Sequence record: OR670491.1
Strand: one strand, 5' to 3'
Length of the DNA: 64,000 nt
Position numbers and translations under genes: made by a program. Positions 1 through 10,245 of this stretch are shown here, piece after piece. The notes below the pieces were generated by a model, which saw only the letters and a list, made by a program, of their open reading frames with translations, was not told the DNA's origin and made no database searches. Position 1 is the first letter of the stretch. Every line of letters begins with the position of its first letter.

Positions 1-525
1 AAAATTACCGAAGATGGATTGATTGCACACAATAGTGGTGTTCATTTTGATAACATCCCAGTTGACCCAATCTCCGGTCTAGCAAGCATTCAATACAAAG
101 AAGCCGAAAGATTGGGATACCAAAAGGTTGATATCCTGTCACAATCGGCTTATATGTACGTGCGTGACAGAAAACATCTAAAGGAACTTATGAATCGTGA
201 ACCAGATTGGAGTCACTTATTAGTACCGGAAATTGTTGACAATCTATCACAAATTAAAAAACACATAACGTTACTTAACGTTTGGAAACCGCAAACTATC
301 GACCAACTAGCTATGTTTATCGCTATGATTCGACCGGGTAAACGCGAATGCCAAAGTATGAACACATGGTCTGAAGTTGAGGCTGTTATTTGGGATTACA
401 GCACTATCGGTACAGATCAGAGTGGGAACAAGCTACGTTACTTCAAAAAGCCACATGCTTATGCATATAGCTTAATGATTGTCGTGCAACTTAATGCACT
501 GGTTGAACATCTTACTTCTTCTTAA
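1..525 (+). CDS. DNA polymerase III alpha (DnaE)-like fragment, palm/fingers part (5' end outside window)
   Basis: Frame is open from base 1. HNSGVHF..P, GYQKVDIL (DnaE GLVKFDFL, third catalytic Asp) and FKKPHAYAY (DnaE FNKSHAAAY) motifs. Confidence 0.75.
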   Translation, partial: KITEDGLIAHNSGVHFDNIPVDPISGLASIQYKEAERLGYQKVDILSQSAYMYVRDRKHLKELMNREPDWSHLLVPEIVDNLSQIKKHITLLNVWKPQTIDQLAMFIAMIRPGKRECQSMNTWSEVEAVIWDYSTIGTDQSGNKLRYFKKPHAYAYSLMIVVQLNALVEHLTSS

Positions 526-865
526 GTGCCACGTTGCGACGTTTAATACGCTTCTGTGGCAAATCACTTAAAGACACAGTTGGGCCACATACGAAATTCA
601 CCGCTGGGGTATCGAATCTCTGTGTGTAAGGCTCAAATTTTTCCATTTCTTCTTGAAAAAATAAACATACTGGGATGTTTCTGTTGCTTTGCCACCACCA
701 GTCATGTGCTATGCTAAGTAATTCGTCTTGCATTGGCTCATTCATATCATCAAAGGAGTAAAGAGTAGTGTACTGTTTACTTTTGATTTTGATAATACCA
801 ATGTAAGTTTTGCCATCACACTGCACAACAGTAATGAATGGTGGAATAGTATTATATTGATTCAT
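512..865 (-). CDS. hypothetical protein
   Basis: ORF with GGAAC before ATG at 865 and a CATAAATA late-promoter-like box on the minus strand at 904-911. Confidence 0.65.
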   Translation of the reverse strand: MNQYNTIPPFITVVQCDGKTYIGIIKIKSKQYTTLYSFDDMNEPMQDELLSIAHDWWWQSNRNIPVCLFFQEEMEKFEPYTQRFDTPAVNFVCGPTVSLSDLPQKRIKRRNVALKKK

Positions 866-923
866 ATGAGTTCCATAAATATTAGTATAAATGTTATACC
901 TATTATTTATGGAAGGAAAAATC

Positions 924-1901
924 ATGGCTCATCACGGTGTCTTTATGTACCCTTATAATCAGGAAGTCTCGTTGGGCAATTTTAATATGCCATATAGCAA
1001 CGAGAAGCTTACTATATATCGAGGTGCAAATAATACTTTATCTTTTACAGTACATAATGCTGATGGAAAATATACTCTTTTAAAAGATAATGAATATCTT
1101 ACTTTTATGATATTCGATGCACGTAATAATACTAAACTAATTGATATAGTACTTGAAAAAGTTAAACCAAGTTGGCTATCAGAAAGTGGTCAAGCACGTC
1201 AAACACTTGGTAATAGTAAGAAAGTTTACTATGGATGTATAGTTCCAGCAGGTGTTATCCAAGATACAAGTCCTGGTTCTAAGTATCGCTGGAGTATTAC
1301 AAAAGTTACAATGGACGGTTCTCTAATTGAACCTACGCAGTACTTGTATACGGGTCATGACTATGAAGCATGTGGTGATTTGATTATATCTGATCAAGCT
1401 GCTCCTGTATTTGTACCAAGTGTTGAAGTGTCAAGAAATAAGAATCCAGCATGGACTTCTATTATGCGTTTGTATCATGAACCGATTGCAATGGGAATGA
1501 CTGGTGAATTTGATATTCTTGCTTCTTCCCCTCTACCTGCACAGATGCAGTACGGATTGGTAGATGGTTTGAGTACTCTCGCTATGTATTTTGATAACTT
1601 CATTGGACGTATCCAATTACAAGGGTGTTTATGTAACAACGTACCTACAGATAATGAAAACTATAAATGGTTTATCATTAAATTGGATGGTAAAGATTAT
1701 ATAGAAAATGGTATTGATGCTAATGGTTTTGCTAAACCACTAGACGACATACAAGCTTTTAACTTTAAAGGTAACTATATGTGGTTGCGTTTGGTTGTAT
1801 GTATACATCCAAAGGTTGAACCTGTCCCTTATGACTATGCAGCAGTTAGAAAGATCTACGATCCTCTATTAACTGTTCCAAAAATTTTGATTCGCAGATG
1901 A
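924..1901 (+). CDS. putative virion structural protein
   Basis: Long beta-rich ORF, GGAAGG RBS, upstream (C/T)ATAAAT boxes; N-terminus YRGANNTLSFTV resembles baseplate/BppU-type domains. Confidence 0.5.
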   Translation: MAHHGVFMYPYNQEVSLGNFNMPYSNEKLTIYRGANNTLSFTVHNADGKYTLLKDNEYLTFMIFDARNNTKLIDIVLEKVKPSWLSESGQARQTLGNSKKVYYGCIVPAGVIQDTSPGSKYRWSITKVTMDGSLIEPTQYLYTGHDYEACGDLIISDQAAPVFVPSVEVSRNKNPAWTSIMRLYHEPIAMGMTGEFDILASSPLPAQMQYGLVDGLSTLAMYFDNFIGRIQLQGCLCNNVPTDNENYKWFIIKLDGKDYIENGIDANGFAKPLDDIQAFNFKGNYMWLRLVVCIHPKVEPVPYDYAAVRKIYDPLLTVPKILIRR

Positions 1902-1956
1902 GACAACACTGATGTTCGTGATATAATCGTTTGTGAATAAGAATGAGGAATATATC

Positions 1957-3006
1957 ATGAACGCAGTACAAAACATAATGGCACAAATCATGAATGACCC
2001 AGTGCCAGGTATTGGTATGTGGACACATCACAATTGTCCAGTGTGTGTGTTCCGTGGTCATTCCCGTCCCGACACAAAGGGTCGTGGTAATCATATGTTC
2101 AACGCTGATGGTTCAGTGTCGTACAACTGCTTCAACTGTAGTTTAAAAACTGGTTGGCAACCAGGAAAATATATGAGCAAAGATATGGAGTCTTTGCTCA
2201 TTTCTTTTGGAGCACAGGATAAAGAAATAGAATTAGCCAAATTCTATATTAAAGAAATGGTTGAAAGTGGTGAGTTTGGTGAAATCGAAACCACAGCAAC
2301 TAAGTTGTACCAAAGGGTAACTGTACGTGATCTTCCTCCAACTGCTAAGAAATTAACAGAGTGGGTCGCAGAAGATAATATCCCAAATGAGTTTTATAGT
2401 GTTCTAAACCATATCAACGAACGTAATCCATATTTGTTAGATTTGGATTTGTATTGGAGTCCTTCAAAGGAACATAAGATGTATGATCGTTTTATCATCC
2501 CTTATGTTATGAATGGTAAAATTGTCGGTTACACAGCTAGACATAAGTTGAAAGACCCAGGAGCAACATATCGTTTTATCAATCAGGTCAGTACTAATAT
2601 TTTATATAACTATGATTTATTACAAGATGACAGAATAAAGACAATTCTAGTTTGTGAAGGTCCATTAGATGCAGCATTAATGGGTGGAGTATCAGCAAAC
2701 AACTTTAAACTATCATCAGTACAGATTGATGTACTCAAAGCTGCACAGGCTAAGGGTAAGAAGATAGTAGTAGTTCCAGACCGTGATAAGGATGGATTGG
2801 TAACAATCGAGCAAGCCCTTGAGAATGAATTTTCAGTATCATTTCCAGATTTTGGAACAGTAAGGGAAGGTAGCAATATCCGTCATATTAAAGATTTCGA
2901 AGAAGCGTGTGCTCGTTTTGGTAGATTATTTTGTTTACAACTGATACATGAAAGTACAGTTGACGAACCTTTCTATATTAAAGCACAAACGGATAAGTGG
3001 ATGTAA
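1957..3006 (+). CDS. DNA primase (T4 gp61/DnaG-like)
   Basis: Zn finger CPVC...CFNC; TOPRIM VCEGPLDA and VPDRDKDG; directly upstream of the helicase. Confidence 0.9.
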   Translation: MNAVQNIMAQIMNDPVPGIGMWTHHNCPVCVFRGHSRPDTKGRGNHMFNADGSVSYNCFNCSLKTGWQPGKYMSKDMESLLISFGAQDKEIELAKFYIKEMVESGEFGEIETTATKLYQRVTVRDLPPTAKKLTEWVAEDNIPNEFYSVLNHINERNPYLLDLDLYWSPSKEHKMYDRFIIPYVMNGKIVGYTARHKLKDPGATYRFINQVSTNILYNYDLLQDDRIKTILVCEGPLDAALMGGVSANNFKLSSVQIDVLKAAQAKGKKIVVVPDRDKDGLVTIEQALENEFSVSFPDFGTVREGSNIRHIKDFEEACARFGRLFCLQLIHESTVDEPFYIKAQTDKWM

Positions 3007-3027
3007 AATGTAAATGAGGGAACATAA

Positions 3028-4545
3028 ATGAACCAAAACACAGTGGACGTGAAACAATATGGGATTAACGCACAACAGTACCTATTGTCGCAGGTTTTCA
3101 GCAATCCAGATTTGTATGTTCGTTGTAAGAACATTCTAAAGCCAGAATACTTTGATAATACATTCCGTGAAAGTATTAAGTTTGTTCACGATTATAGTGC
3201 AAAGTATAGTGCATCACCTACACTAAAAGATATTGAAGTGAAAGGTGGTTATCAGTATGATGTATATGAAGTAACAGAACTTCACAAGCAATCAGTACTG
3301 GATACATGCAGTGAATTTTGCCGTCACAAAGCACTTGCATTAGCAGTTGAAAAAGGTATGGAATTAGTACACCAGAAAAAATATGGTGGTATTGAAGAAC
3401 TAATTCGTGAAGCGATGTTGGTATCAGTACAGAACGAGTTAGGTCTGGATGTATTTGAAAATCCAGAAGATACCATTCGTTCATTGAGTACTATGCAAGG
3501 TTCCTTTAAGAGTGGTTGGGAAACTCTTGATTATAAATTATTTGGTGGTTTTGGTCGTCGTGAACTTGAAATTTTCGCTGCTGCTTCCGGTGGTGGTAAG
3601 TCAGTTGTTCTACAAAACCTAGCAGTAAACTTTGCTAAAGCTGGTTTGAATGGAGCATACATTTCACTAGAACTAGCAGAAGAGTTGGTTGCAGTACGTA
3701 TCTATGGTATGATGACTGAATCTAAACTAAGTAACGTAAAACAAGATGCAACTAACATTGGGTTGCAAGTGCAGGTTGAAGGTAAAAACAGTGGTGTACT
3801 ACGTATCAAGCGTTTACCAGAATCTGTTACAACTACCGATGATATTGAAAGCTATCTTCGTGAACTACAAATTAAGCTTGAGATTAAGCTTGACTATGTT
3901 TGCGTGGACTACCTTGACTTGTTAACATCAAACCGTTTGGGTTCAAATGACCAATCGAACGCATTCGTAAAAGATAAGTTTGTATCTGAAGAATTACGTG
4001 CACTTGCAACTAAACTTGACCTAACTGTATTCACTGCATCACAGTTTAACCGTGGTGGTATTAGTGAAGATAAGAAAAGTCAAAGTCAGATTGCTGGTGG
4101 TATTTCTAAGATCTATACCGCAGATAACGTAATTTACATTGAAGCACGTAAAGAACTAGGTGAGATGTGGTTTGACTTCCAGAAAACACGTAACAGTAGT
4201 GCAGTAGGTTCTCGTTTGCGTATGTCTTATGATATGGACTCACTACGAGTTCTAGATCATGCAACTACAGTACAGCAAATGGAAATGGAAGGAAGCGGCT
4301 TTAAACACAGCGGTAACTGCCGTGTTGGTGGTGGGATGGTGTCACCCCCTAATGCTATGCAAACATTGCGTCATCAGCTTTCTAATGCGTCTAATACTAC
4401 ATCAGAAACTATTCCTGCAACCACAACACTAAATAGTGTTAGTGAGCAAGTTTCCACCAATGTGTCGGAAACTGTGAAACCACAAGAACACTCAGGTAAT
4501 GACCGTGTTAATGCTATGAAGCAATGGTTGAATCAAAGGAAATAA
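3028..4545 (+). CDS. replicative DnaB-family helicase (T4 gp41-like)
   Basis: Walker A AASGGGKS, YISLEL, VDYLDL, TASQFNR and KTRNS motifs; low-complexity C-terminal tail. Confidence 0.92.
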   Translation: MNQNTVDVKQYGINAQQYLLSQVFSNPDLYVRCKNILKPEYFDNTFRESIKFVHDYSAKYSASPTLKDIEVKGGYQYDVYEVTELHKQSVLDTCSEFCRHKALALAVEKGMELVHQKKYGGIEELIREAMLVSVQNELGLDVFENPEDTIRSLSTMQGSFKSGWETLDYKLFGGFGRRELEIFAAASGGGKSVVLQNLAVNFAKAGLNGAYISLELAEELVAVRIYGMMTESKLSNVKQDATNIGLQVQVEGKNSGVLRIKRLPESVTTTDDIESYLRELQIKLEIKLDYVCVDYLDLLTSNRLGSNDQSNAFVKDKFVSEELRALATKLDLTVFTASQFNRGGISEDKKSQSQIAGGISKIYTADNVIYIEARKELGEMWFDFQKTRNSSAVGSRLRMSYDMDSLRVLDHATTVQQMEMEGSGFKHSGNCRVGGGMVSPPNAMQTLRHQLSNASNTTSETIPATTTLNSVSEQVSTNVSETVKPQEHSGNDRVNAMKQWLNQRK

Positions 4546-4820
4546 TGATGGCGAATGAATCCAGTAAAAATAATCTACTTGATAGTATAGTAAACTATAC
4601 ACCAGAGAAGAATACATTACAGAGTTTTGGCAATCGTGCAGATCATGCCATTAACTCTGTCATTCATTTATTGGAAAGTATAGAAAATGAGTTCAACAAT
4701 GCAGATGCCGAAGATCTCAAGAAGCGTTTGTTTCTTAGTATTAAGAATCGTGATTACAAGAAGTTTCAAAAGGGTTTAGAAAACATTGCTCTTGATGAAA
4801 AACGTAATAAAGGTAATTGA
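4545..4820 (+). CDS. hypothetical protein
   Basis: ORF coupled to the helicase stop; phage-typical codon usage. Confidence 0.7.
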   Translation: MMANESSKNNLLDSIVNYTPEKNTLQSFGNRADHAINSVIHLLESIENEFNNADAEDLKKRLFLSIKNRDYKKFQKGLENIALDEKRNKGN

Positions 4821-4821
4821 T

Positions 4822-4986
4822 ATGAAAAAGAAAATTAAAGAGAACGCTTCTGCCGGAGCTACATCTGCTGGTGCTGTTGCATCAGTAAGCACTGGACTTA
4901 ATTATCCATTACTTCGCAGAATGCCACCAACCAACTTCTTTGGATATAAAGAATACAAAGTCAAAAATCAGAAAGGTGATGAATGA
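4822..4986 (+). CDS. small hypothetical protein (possible head-internal peptide)
   Basis: MKKKIKENASAGATSAGAV; IxE followed by a Ser/Ala/Gly run. Confidence 0.6.
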   Translation: MKKKIKENASAGATSAGAVASVSTGLNYPLLRRMPPTNFFGYKEYKVKNQKGDE

Positions 4987-5375
4987 AACCATACACGTTC
5001 TACACAATTAATACAGTTGTAGATATTGGTGATGGTAGCACTCCAACAATCATTGATTCTAAGTTCACTGGAGCTATGAATCTATCAAGGTTGTTGGAGT
5101 GTGTTATGGAGTATGATTATCCTATGATGGTAAGTGTAGTAAAGACTGAAGTGAATCTGTGTGATGAAAACAATTCTTCTTTCTATAACTTACCTTCTAC
5201 ATGGGGAAAATGTATAGTCAGTACTTTTAAATTTGCTATCCCAATGGATGTAGAATTACGTATTAATGGAATACCATTAGTACTTCCAACTGTAGTTAAT
5301 AATAATCGAATTACAAAATTCGCAATTACAGGTAAAGAATCAAATATAAGCATCAGCAAACAGACCTTTTCTTAA
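4983..5375 (+). CDS. hypothetical protein
   Basis: ATGA-coupled ORF. Confidence 0.7.
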   Translation: MKPYTFYTINTVVDIGDGSTPTIIDSKFTGAMNLSRLLECVMEYDYPMMVSVVKTEVNLCDENNSSFYNLPSTWGKCIVSTFKFAIPMDVELRINGIPLVLPTVVNNNRITKFAITGKESNISISKQTFS

Positions 5376-5431
5376 TTGTGATAAATATCATAAAGCAAGA
5401 CAAAGGTCTTTTTATTTTATTTGGAGAAAAC

Positions 5432-6367
5432 ATGAACATTGACCAAACAGCAAGCGAACTTCAGAAATTCGCTGATGCACATAATCTAAATATGGATGTT
5501 TCCGTAGTATTGGATAACATGGATGCAGGTGACTTCATTACACTAAACGCAGCTATTGATAATTCAGATAATCGTGAAATCTTCCAATTGCTTCAGAAAT
5601 ACAAAGCACAAATGAGTGAAAGCTACAAACTATTCAGTACTCGTAACATTTCTCGTCATATCAATGAAAGCAGCGAAACTGTAGCTAAAGTTGAAAACAT
5701 GACAGCTAAAGAATTAAATGAAGCATATGCTAAACAATATACTTATGCCGATACTACTAAACTTAGCCTACAAGAACTAAAAACTATTGTATATGAAGAT
5801 ATTACTCAAATGCAATCTAATCAACTTGCTAAGATGAATGTATCCCAACAACAGCAACAAGTTAACCCACAAACCCAAGCGAAACTTAAACAAGCAGAAC
5901 TTCAACGTAATGCTAATAACATGAAAGTAAGTGTTCCTGGGAATCAAAGCGGTACAGATGCTATTGAACCAGTTGTTGGTGTAGACCCAGGCCAGAACCC
6001 ACAACAATCATTAGTTATTACTAAGAGTTCTTCTAAACCTAATGAACTAAACGTTTTCCCAATTGATGACGTAAATCCTGTAGATTCACAGAATCAAGGT
6101 ACTATTCGTGAAGATATTTCTCCACAAGAACAGAATAGTGAAATCATGGGTGATGAAGGTATGGAAACTGCTGGTGATCCAGATTGCCGTTCTCCACTTA
6201 GTGATGTACAGCCTGGTATGGGTGAGTTAATCCAATCTATTTCTCATATTGAAAAAGAAGATGATCTTTATGGTGATGATAGTGTAATGGGTAACAAGGC
6301 ACAAAAAGAAAATGAAGACATGGTAGATCAAATTATTGACTTCTGTAATCGTATGCGAGGCCGTTGA
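5432..6367 (+). CDS. hypothetical protein (possible head-internal protein)
   Basis: GGAG RBS, GATAAATA box at 5380-5387, Gln-rich, MSES/INES motifs. Confidence 0.7.
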   Translation: MNIDQTASELQKFADAHNLNMDVSVVLDNMDAGDFITLNAAIDNSDNREIFQLLQKYKAQMSESYKLFSTRNISRHINESSETVAKVENMTAKELNEAYAKQYTYADTTKLSLQELKTIVYEDITQMQSNQLAKMNVSQQQQQVNPQTQAKLKQAELQRNANNMKVSVPGNQSGTDAIEPVVGVDPGQNPQQSLVITKSSSKPNELNVFPIDDVNPVDSQNQGTIREDISPQEQNSEIMGDEGMETAGDPDCRSPLSDVQPGMGELIQSISHIEKEDDLYGDDSVMGNKAQKENEDMVDQIIDFCNRMRGR

Positions 6368-6585
6368 TGAGAACCGTTCAAAATGTACATGGTCACAACA
6401 CTATGGTATCCAATGAAGAGTACTCCGTATATTTGAAAATCAAAGCAAGTGGTTCCGTTCAGGCCGAACGTCTAAACGAATACTATCAGGAAATGGCTGA
6501 TAAAATGGTATCTCGTGGAGTTCTAAATAAAGAAGAGAAAGATGACGGTACTGAAGTGTATACAACAGTTAGGAGTACTAAATGA
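6364..6585 (+). CDS. hypothetical protein
   Basis: Overlap-coupled ORF in the operon. Confidence 0.65.
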   Translation: MMRTVQNVHGHNTMVSNEEYSVYLKIKASGSVQAERLNEYYQEMADKMVSRGVLNKEEKDDGTEVYTTVRSTK

Positions 6586-7256
6586 ATTACGAACATGATC
6601 CCAAAACAGTTAATATGATGGCTGACTTGTTGAGTGGTCTAAATGATATTGAAAGTGGTGAAGAAGTTACCATTAATGGTGTACCTCAACGTCCTGGTGG
6701 TGATGTGGGTGCAATGCATGATATACTGTCTTCATTGAACGAAGCTGGTATGGCGTATGGCGAACCACTACCATCAGTACAACAACCTGTACAACAGATG
6801 ACTAGTTACAATTCACCATACCAAACCACTCCACAACAAGCACCAGTGCCACAACGACAAGTAAAACCAAAAACTAATTGGAGTTTAGTTGAAGAAGTAG
6901 TTGCTGGAACTAAATCCACAAAAGTATATAGTGTAAAATGTAATTACAGTTCACAGGTAATTATGAACAACATTATGATGTACGAAGCTGCATTAACATT
7001 AGTAAACTTACTAAATGAAGGACGTATGTTGACTGATGCTAAAGTTCTTGGTATTATAAGTTCCGGCTTACAGTTCACTGCTGTCATGACTGAAGCGTTA
7101 AAAGCTGCACAGAAACGACACAAGGTACTGAATGAATCTCGATATGATGATGCAAAAGAACTTGACATTATCATTGCTGAGAAGAAGGCAGAGGCATACA
7201 AACTCAAGGAACGAGTACTAAACTTTCTAAAGTCAGAAGGTTATATAAGTAAATAA
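6582..7256 (+). CDS. hypothetical protein
   Basis: ORF with GGAG RBS; P/Q-rich linker; LNEG/LNES motifs. Confidence 0.7.
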   Translation: MNYEHDPKTVNMMADLLSGLNDIESGEEVTINGVPQRPGGDVGAMHDILSSLNEAGMAYGEPLPSVQQPVQQMTSYNSPYQTTPQQAPVPQRQVKPKTNWSLVEEVVAGTKSTKVYSVKCNYSSQVIMNNIMMYEAALTLVNLLNEGRMLTDAKVLGIISSGLQFTAVMTEALKAAQKRHKVLNESRYDDAKELDIIIAEKKAEAYKLKERVLNFLKSEGYISK

Positions 7257-7285
7257 ATTTAGTGATATTTTATAAGGAAATACAA

Positions 7286-7918
7286 ATGTCTAAATACAAG
7301 AAACTAATGGAATCCGCTTCTCGTGCAGAAGCAATGAAATTCATTCAATTGAATGAATCCAACATCGAAAAAGCTGAAATCGTTCTTTCCGTTAAAGGTG
7401 AGATTGTTGACAAGCTACAACGTCAATCCGAAGTAATCAACAACATGGGTGTTGACGTACTAGGTCCACTACTTGACCGTATCAAAGCGGAACAAGGTCT
7501 TGACGCAGCACAAAATTTCAGTGATAATGTTCGTCACCTATTACAACACGCTGTACAAACTCTAATGGATGTTAAAGACAAAATCAGTACTGAAACTCTA
7601 AAACTAACTGGTGACATTACTGATGCTCCAGCAGTTTCTGATATCGGTAGTGAAGATGTTGATATTGACATTGCAGCAGACACACCAACTTTCGACATGG
7701 ACGCTGATGCGGATTTTGAAGAAGATATTATTTCTGAACCAATCCCAACTGAGCGTGAAATGAAAGAATCCGTTAAACCAACTAAAATTGGTGTAACAAT
7801 GGAAAGTGTTAAGGGTACAGTCGGTACTAAATATTTCAGCAGCAAAAAAGAAATGTCACAATGGCTAACCGAAAACGAGAAGAAAGTTAAACGTGTTTTG
7901 GGATACACCAAAAAATAA
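7286..7918 (+). CDS. hypothetical protein (possible scaffold/head-internal protein)
   Basis: AAGGA RBS; LMES, LNES, MKES and TMES motifs; acidic linker. Confidence 0.7.
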   Translation: MSKYKKLMESASRAEAMKFIQLNESNIEKAEIVLSVKGEIVDKLQRQSEVINNMGVDVLGPLLDRIKAEQGLDAAQNFSDNVRHLLQHAVQTLMDVKDKISTETLKLTGDITDAPAVSDIGSEDVDIDIAADTPTFDMDADADFEEDIISEPIPTEREMKESVKPTKIGVTMESVKGTVGTKYFSSKKEMSQWLTENEKKVKRVLGYTKK

Positions 7919-7930
7919 GGATATAATGGA

Positions 7931-8263
7931 ATGAGATTCAGTGATTTAACTGAAGAAGCTCCAGGAAAAGACATACGCAATATGATTACTACTATTGCGT
8001 TGTCTTTAGTATCTTCGGGTAGAGAAGAAGTTAACGTTCAGTCTTTAGTTTCTGAAATTAAAAAGAGAACCAACATTGACGTTCCTTACAACGTTTTGAT
8101 GGATATCTTAAACTCTCTACCATTTGTTCAGGATGCAAATTCTGATGTTGTTACCTTCGCAGGTAATGACTCACAGACTTCCGGTGATATGGAACAAAAT
8201 TCCGATGAACAAGTTGAAGACTGGGCTACTAAAGCTGCTGTGTCAGCTAACAAGCAAAAATAA
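7931..8263 (+). CDS. hypothetical protein
   Basis: ORF with RBS; winged-helix-like size and pattern (not confirmed). Confidence 0.65.
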   Translation: MRFSDLTEEAPGKDIRNMITTIALSLVSSGREEVNVQSLVSEIKKRTNIDVPYNVLMDILNSLPFVQDANSDVVTFAGNDSQTSGDMEQNSDEQVEDWATKAAVSANKQK

Positions 8264-8306
8264 TTTAGACAAACGAAAATACGATGCTATAATTAGGAGT
8301 ACATGG

Positions 8307-9026
8307 ATGTACATACCACCAATTGTTAGCAGATATACATATTTGGATTACAAGCGAATTGAAGGCGGCCCAGAAGGTCGCCTTTATTCAACTCCAACTG
8401 GGAATCTGCCGTCAGTAACAACAATCTTGAGTGCGACCTCTGATAACGAGGGTCTTAAAAAATGGCGAGAGTTTGTTGGAGAAGAGAAAGCTAATGAAAT
8501 AACATTAGAAGCATGTACTGTTGGAACATTCATGCATGAAAACTTAGAATTCCGTTTAGACGGTAAACCAGACCACCAAGGTGGAATGCCGATACGTGTA
8601 CTGGCTCGACGAATGGCAGATAAGATTCAGGAAGAAGCATGGCCTAAAATCAATGAAGTGTGGGGACAAGAAGTACCACTATTTTATGAAGGTTTGTGGG
8701 CTGGGACAACAGACTTAGTGGGGGTACATGACGGTATACCAACTATCATGGACTATAAGAATTCCCGTAAAATGAAAACATGGGAACATATTGAAAATTA
8801 TCGAATGCAGATTGCAGCTTATGCTCTTTCTCATAACCAAATGTTCGGGACTAATATCGAACGTGGTGTGATTTTCATCTGTGTAAGGAACGATCCTGCT
8901 AACCTTAAATATCAAGAGTTCGTTATTGAAGGACAAGACTTCAAAGACGCAGTTGATATGTGGATTGGTAGAGTTGAACAATATTATATTTTACGTGGAG
9001 AGATTGAATCAAATGGAACAGCATAA
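8307..9026 (+). CDS. PD-(D/E)XK exonuclease
   Basis: LPSVTTIL, GTFMHENLE, LWAGTTDL and MDYKNS motifs; AGGAG RBS 7 nt before ATG 8307. Confidence 0.85.
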   Translation: MYIPPIVSRYTYLDYKRIEGGPEGRLYSTPTGNLPSVTTILSATSDNEGLKKWREFVGEEKANEITLEACTVGTFMHENLEFRLDGKPDHQGGMPIRVLARRMADKIQEEAWPKINEVWGQEVPLFYEGLWAGTTDLVGVHDGIPTIMDYKNSRKMKTWEHIENYRMQIAAYALSHNQMFGTNIERGVIFICVRNDPANLKYQEFVIEGQDFKDAVDMWIGRVEQYYILRGEIESNGTA

Positions 9027-9570
9027 AGAAATGAAACAAGACCTATATACAATTCGTGCACTAGAAAGCAAAGGCTACAAACTTGATGACGTAGTAAACC
9101 TAACTGATGAACAAATCGATGGTTTACAACTATCTCAAAAACTAATCACTAATATCAAATCCTATAAACAACGTGGTGCTAAACCTGTTGAAGCAATTAA
9201 AGTTCAGATTGCTGATGATATTAGTATTGATGAAGAATCCCGTAATGTTGCACCAGAAGTTATTGAAACCTACGTAGAAAATACACCAGAACATATCGAA
9301 GTTGCTAAAGAAGTAGAACGTGTAGCTGAAGAACTAGCACCGACTATCGAAGAAGAAGACGTAGTTGTAGTTGAACACGTTGAAGCGGCGAAAGAAGATC
9401 TAGATATTATTACCGCAGCACTTCAAGAAAAAGAACTTAAAACTGTAGCAAACTACATCAAACATCTCAAATCTTCCGTACCAGAAGCAATTCTTGTATC
9501 TGTTGAGAGTTCTGTTGTATCTCGTCTAATCAACGAGCGTATTGCTGAAGTTAAAGAAAACGCTAAATAA
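9013..9570 (+). CDS. hypothetical acidic protein
   Basis: GGAG RBS, highly expressed codon usage, Glu-rich. Confidence 0.7.
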   Translation: MEQHKEMKQDLYTIRALESKGYKLDDVVNLTDEQIDGLQLSQKLITNIKSYKQRGAKPVEAIKVQIADDISIDEESRNVAPEVIETYVENTPEHIEVAKEVERVAEELAPTIEEEDVVVVEHVEAAKEDLDIITAALQEKELKTVANYIKHLKSSVPEAILVSVESSVVSRLINERIAEVKENAK

Positions 9571-9598
9571 TCCTATAATACTATAGGAGTGAGTTATT

Positions 9599-10180
9599 AT
9601 GGCACAACAACAAGTCGCGTTACAGCAAGTACGCACAGGAAAGCAACGTGATTTACCAGATGCCTTAGAAAAAGGACAAATCGGATTCAGTACTGATGTA
9701 GGTCGTGTATTCATAGGTTTACCGTCTACATCAGACCCAGCAAGTTTAGTTGCTGGGCGTACTTGGGTAACTAATCCAAATTCTGGTAAAGAAAACGTAG
9801 AAATTATTACAGAATTTTCACCGTGGCAAACAGTATCAGGGATTGTAAACAGACCATTCGCAGTAGAATTACTTCAGGGTCAACAATCTATTGATGTATT
9901 CATTGATAGTCAGAGTCGAGTATTCTTAGACTACATTGCATATAATACCAATGGCACAGTGTTAGAATCAGGTACAGTACAAATGGTAGCAGTTGGTACT
10001 AATACCTTGATTTCACAATTTAACAACACGAGCCGAAGTGATGCAGTACTTTCAATACTATTTTCTAATCCAGTTTATAATACATCAACTGGAAGTATGC
10101 AATTTAGTATAGAGAATACTGATTACGTTAACTCCGGTTATAACATAGAATTTGTATATCGTGGGTGGGACAAACCTTAA
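9599..10180 (+). CDS. putative virion/tail-associated protein
   Basis: N-terminal LEKGQIGFSTDVGRVFIG resembles the Mtd/hyaluronidase-type N-terminal motif of tail proteins. Confidence 0.55.
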   Translation: MAQQQVALQQVRTGKQRDLPDALEKGQIGFSTDVGRVFIGLPSTSDPASLVAGRTWVTNPNSGKENVEIITEFSPWQTVSGIVNRPFAVELLQGQQSIDVFIDSQSRVFLDYIAYNTNGTVLESGTVQMVAVGTNTLISQFNNTSRSDAVLSILFSNPVYNTSTGSMQFSIENTDYVNSGYNIEFVYRGWDKP

Positions 10181-10200
10181 AGGCGTCCCGCCTTTTTCTT
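10179..10200 (+). terminator. intrinsic terminator
   Basis: AAGGCG-TCC-CGCCTT followed by a T-run. Confidence 0.75.
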
Positions 10201-10245
10201 CCACTAAATTTAACGAAATTAAAAAACATAAGAAAAGGATGACAC

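Noticed and set aside
4270-4545. Low-complexity C-terminal extension of the helicase as a possible fused domain or frameshift
   Set aside because: It is Ser/Thr/Gln-rich and predicted disordered, with no slippery site or second domain evident.
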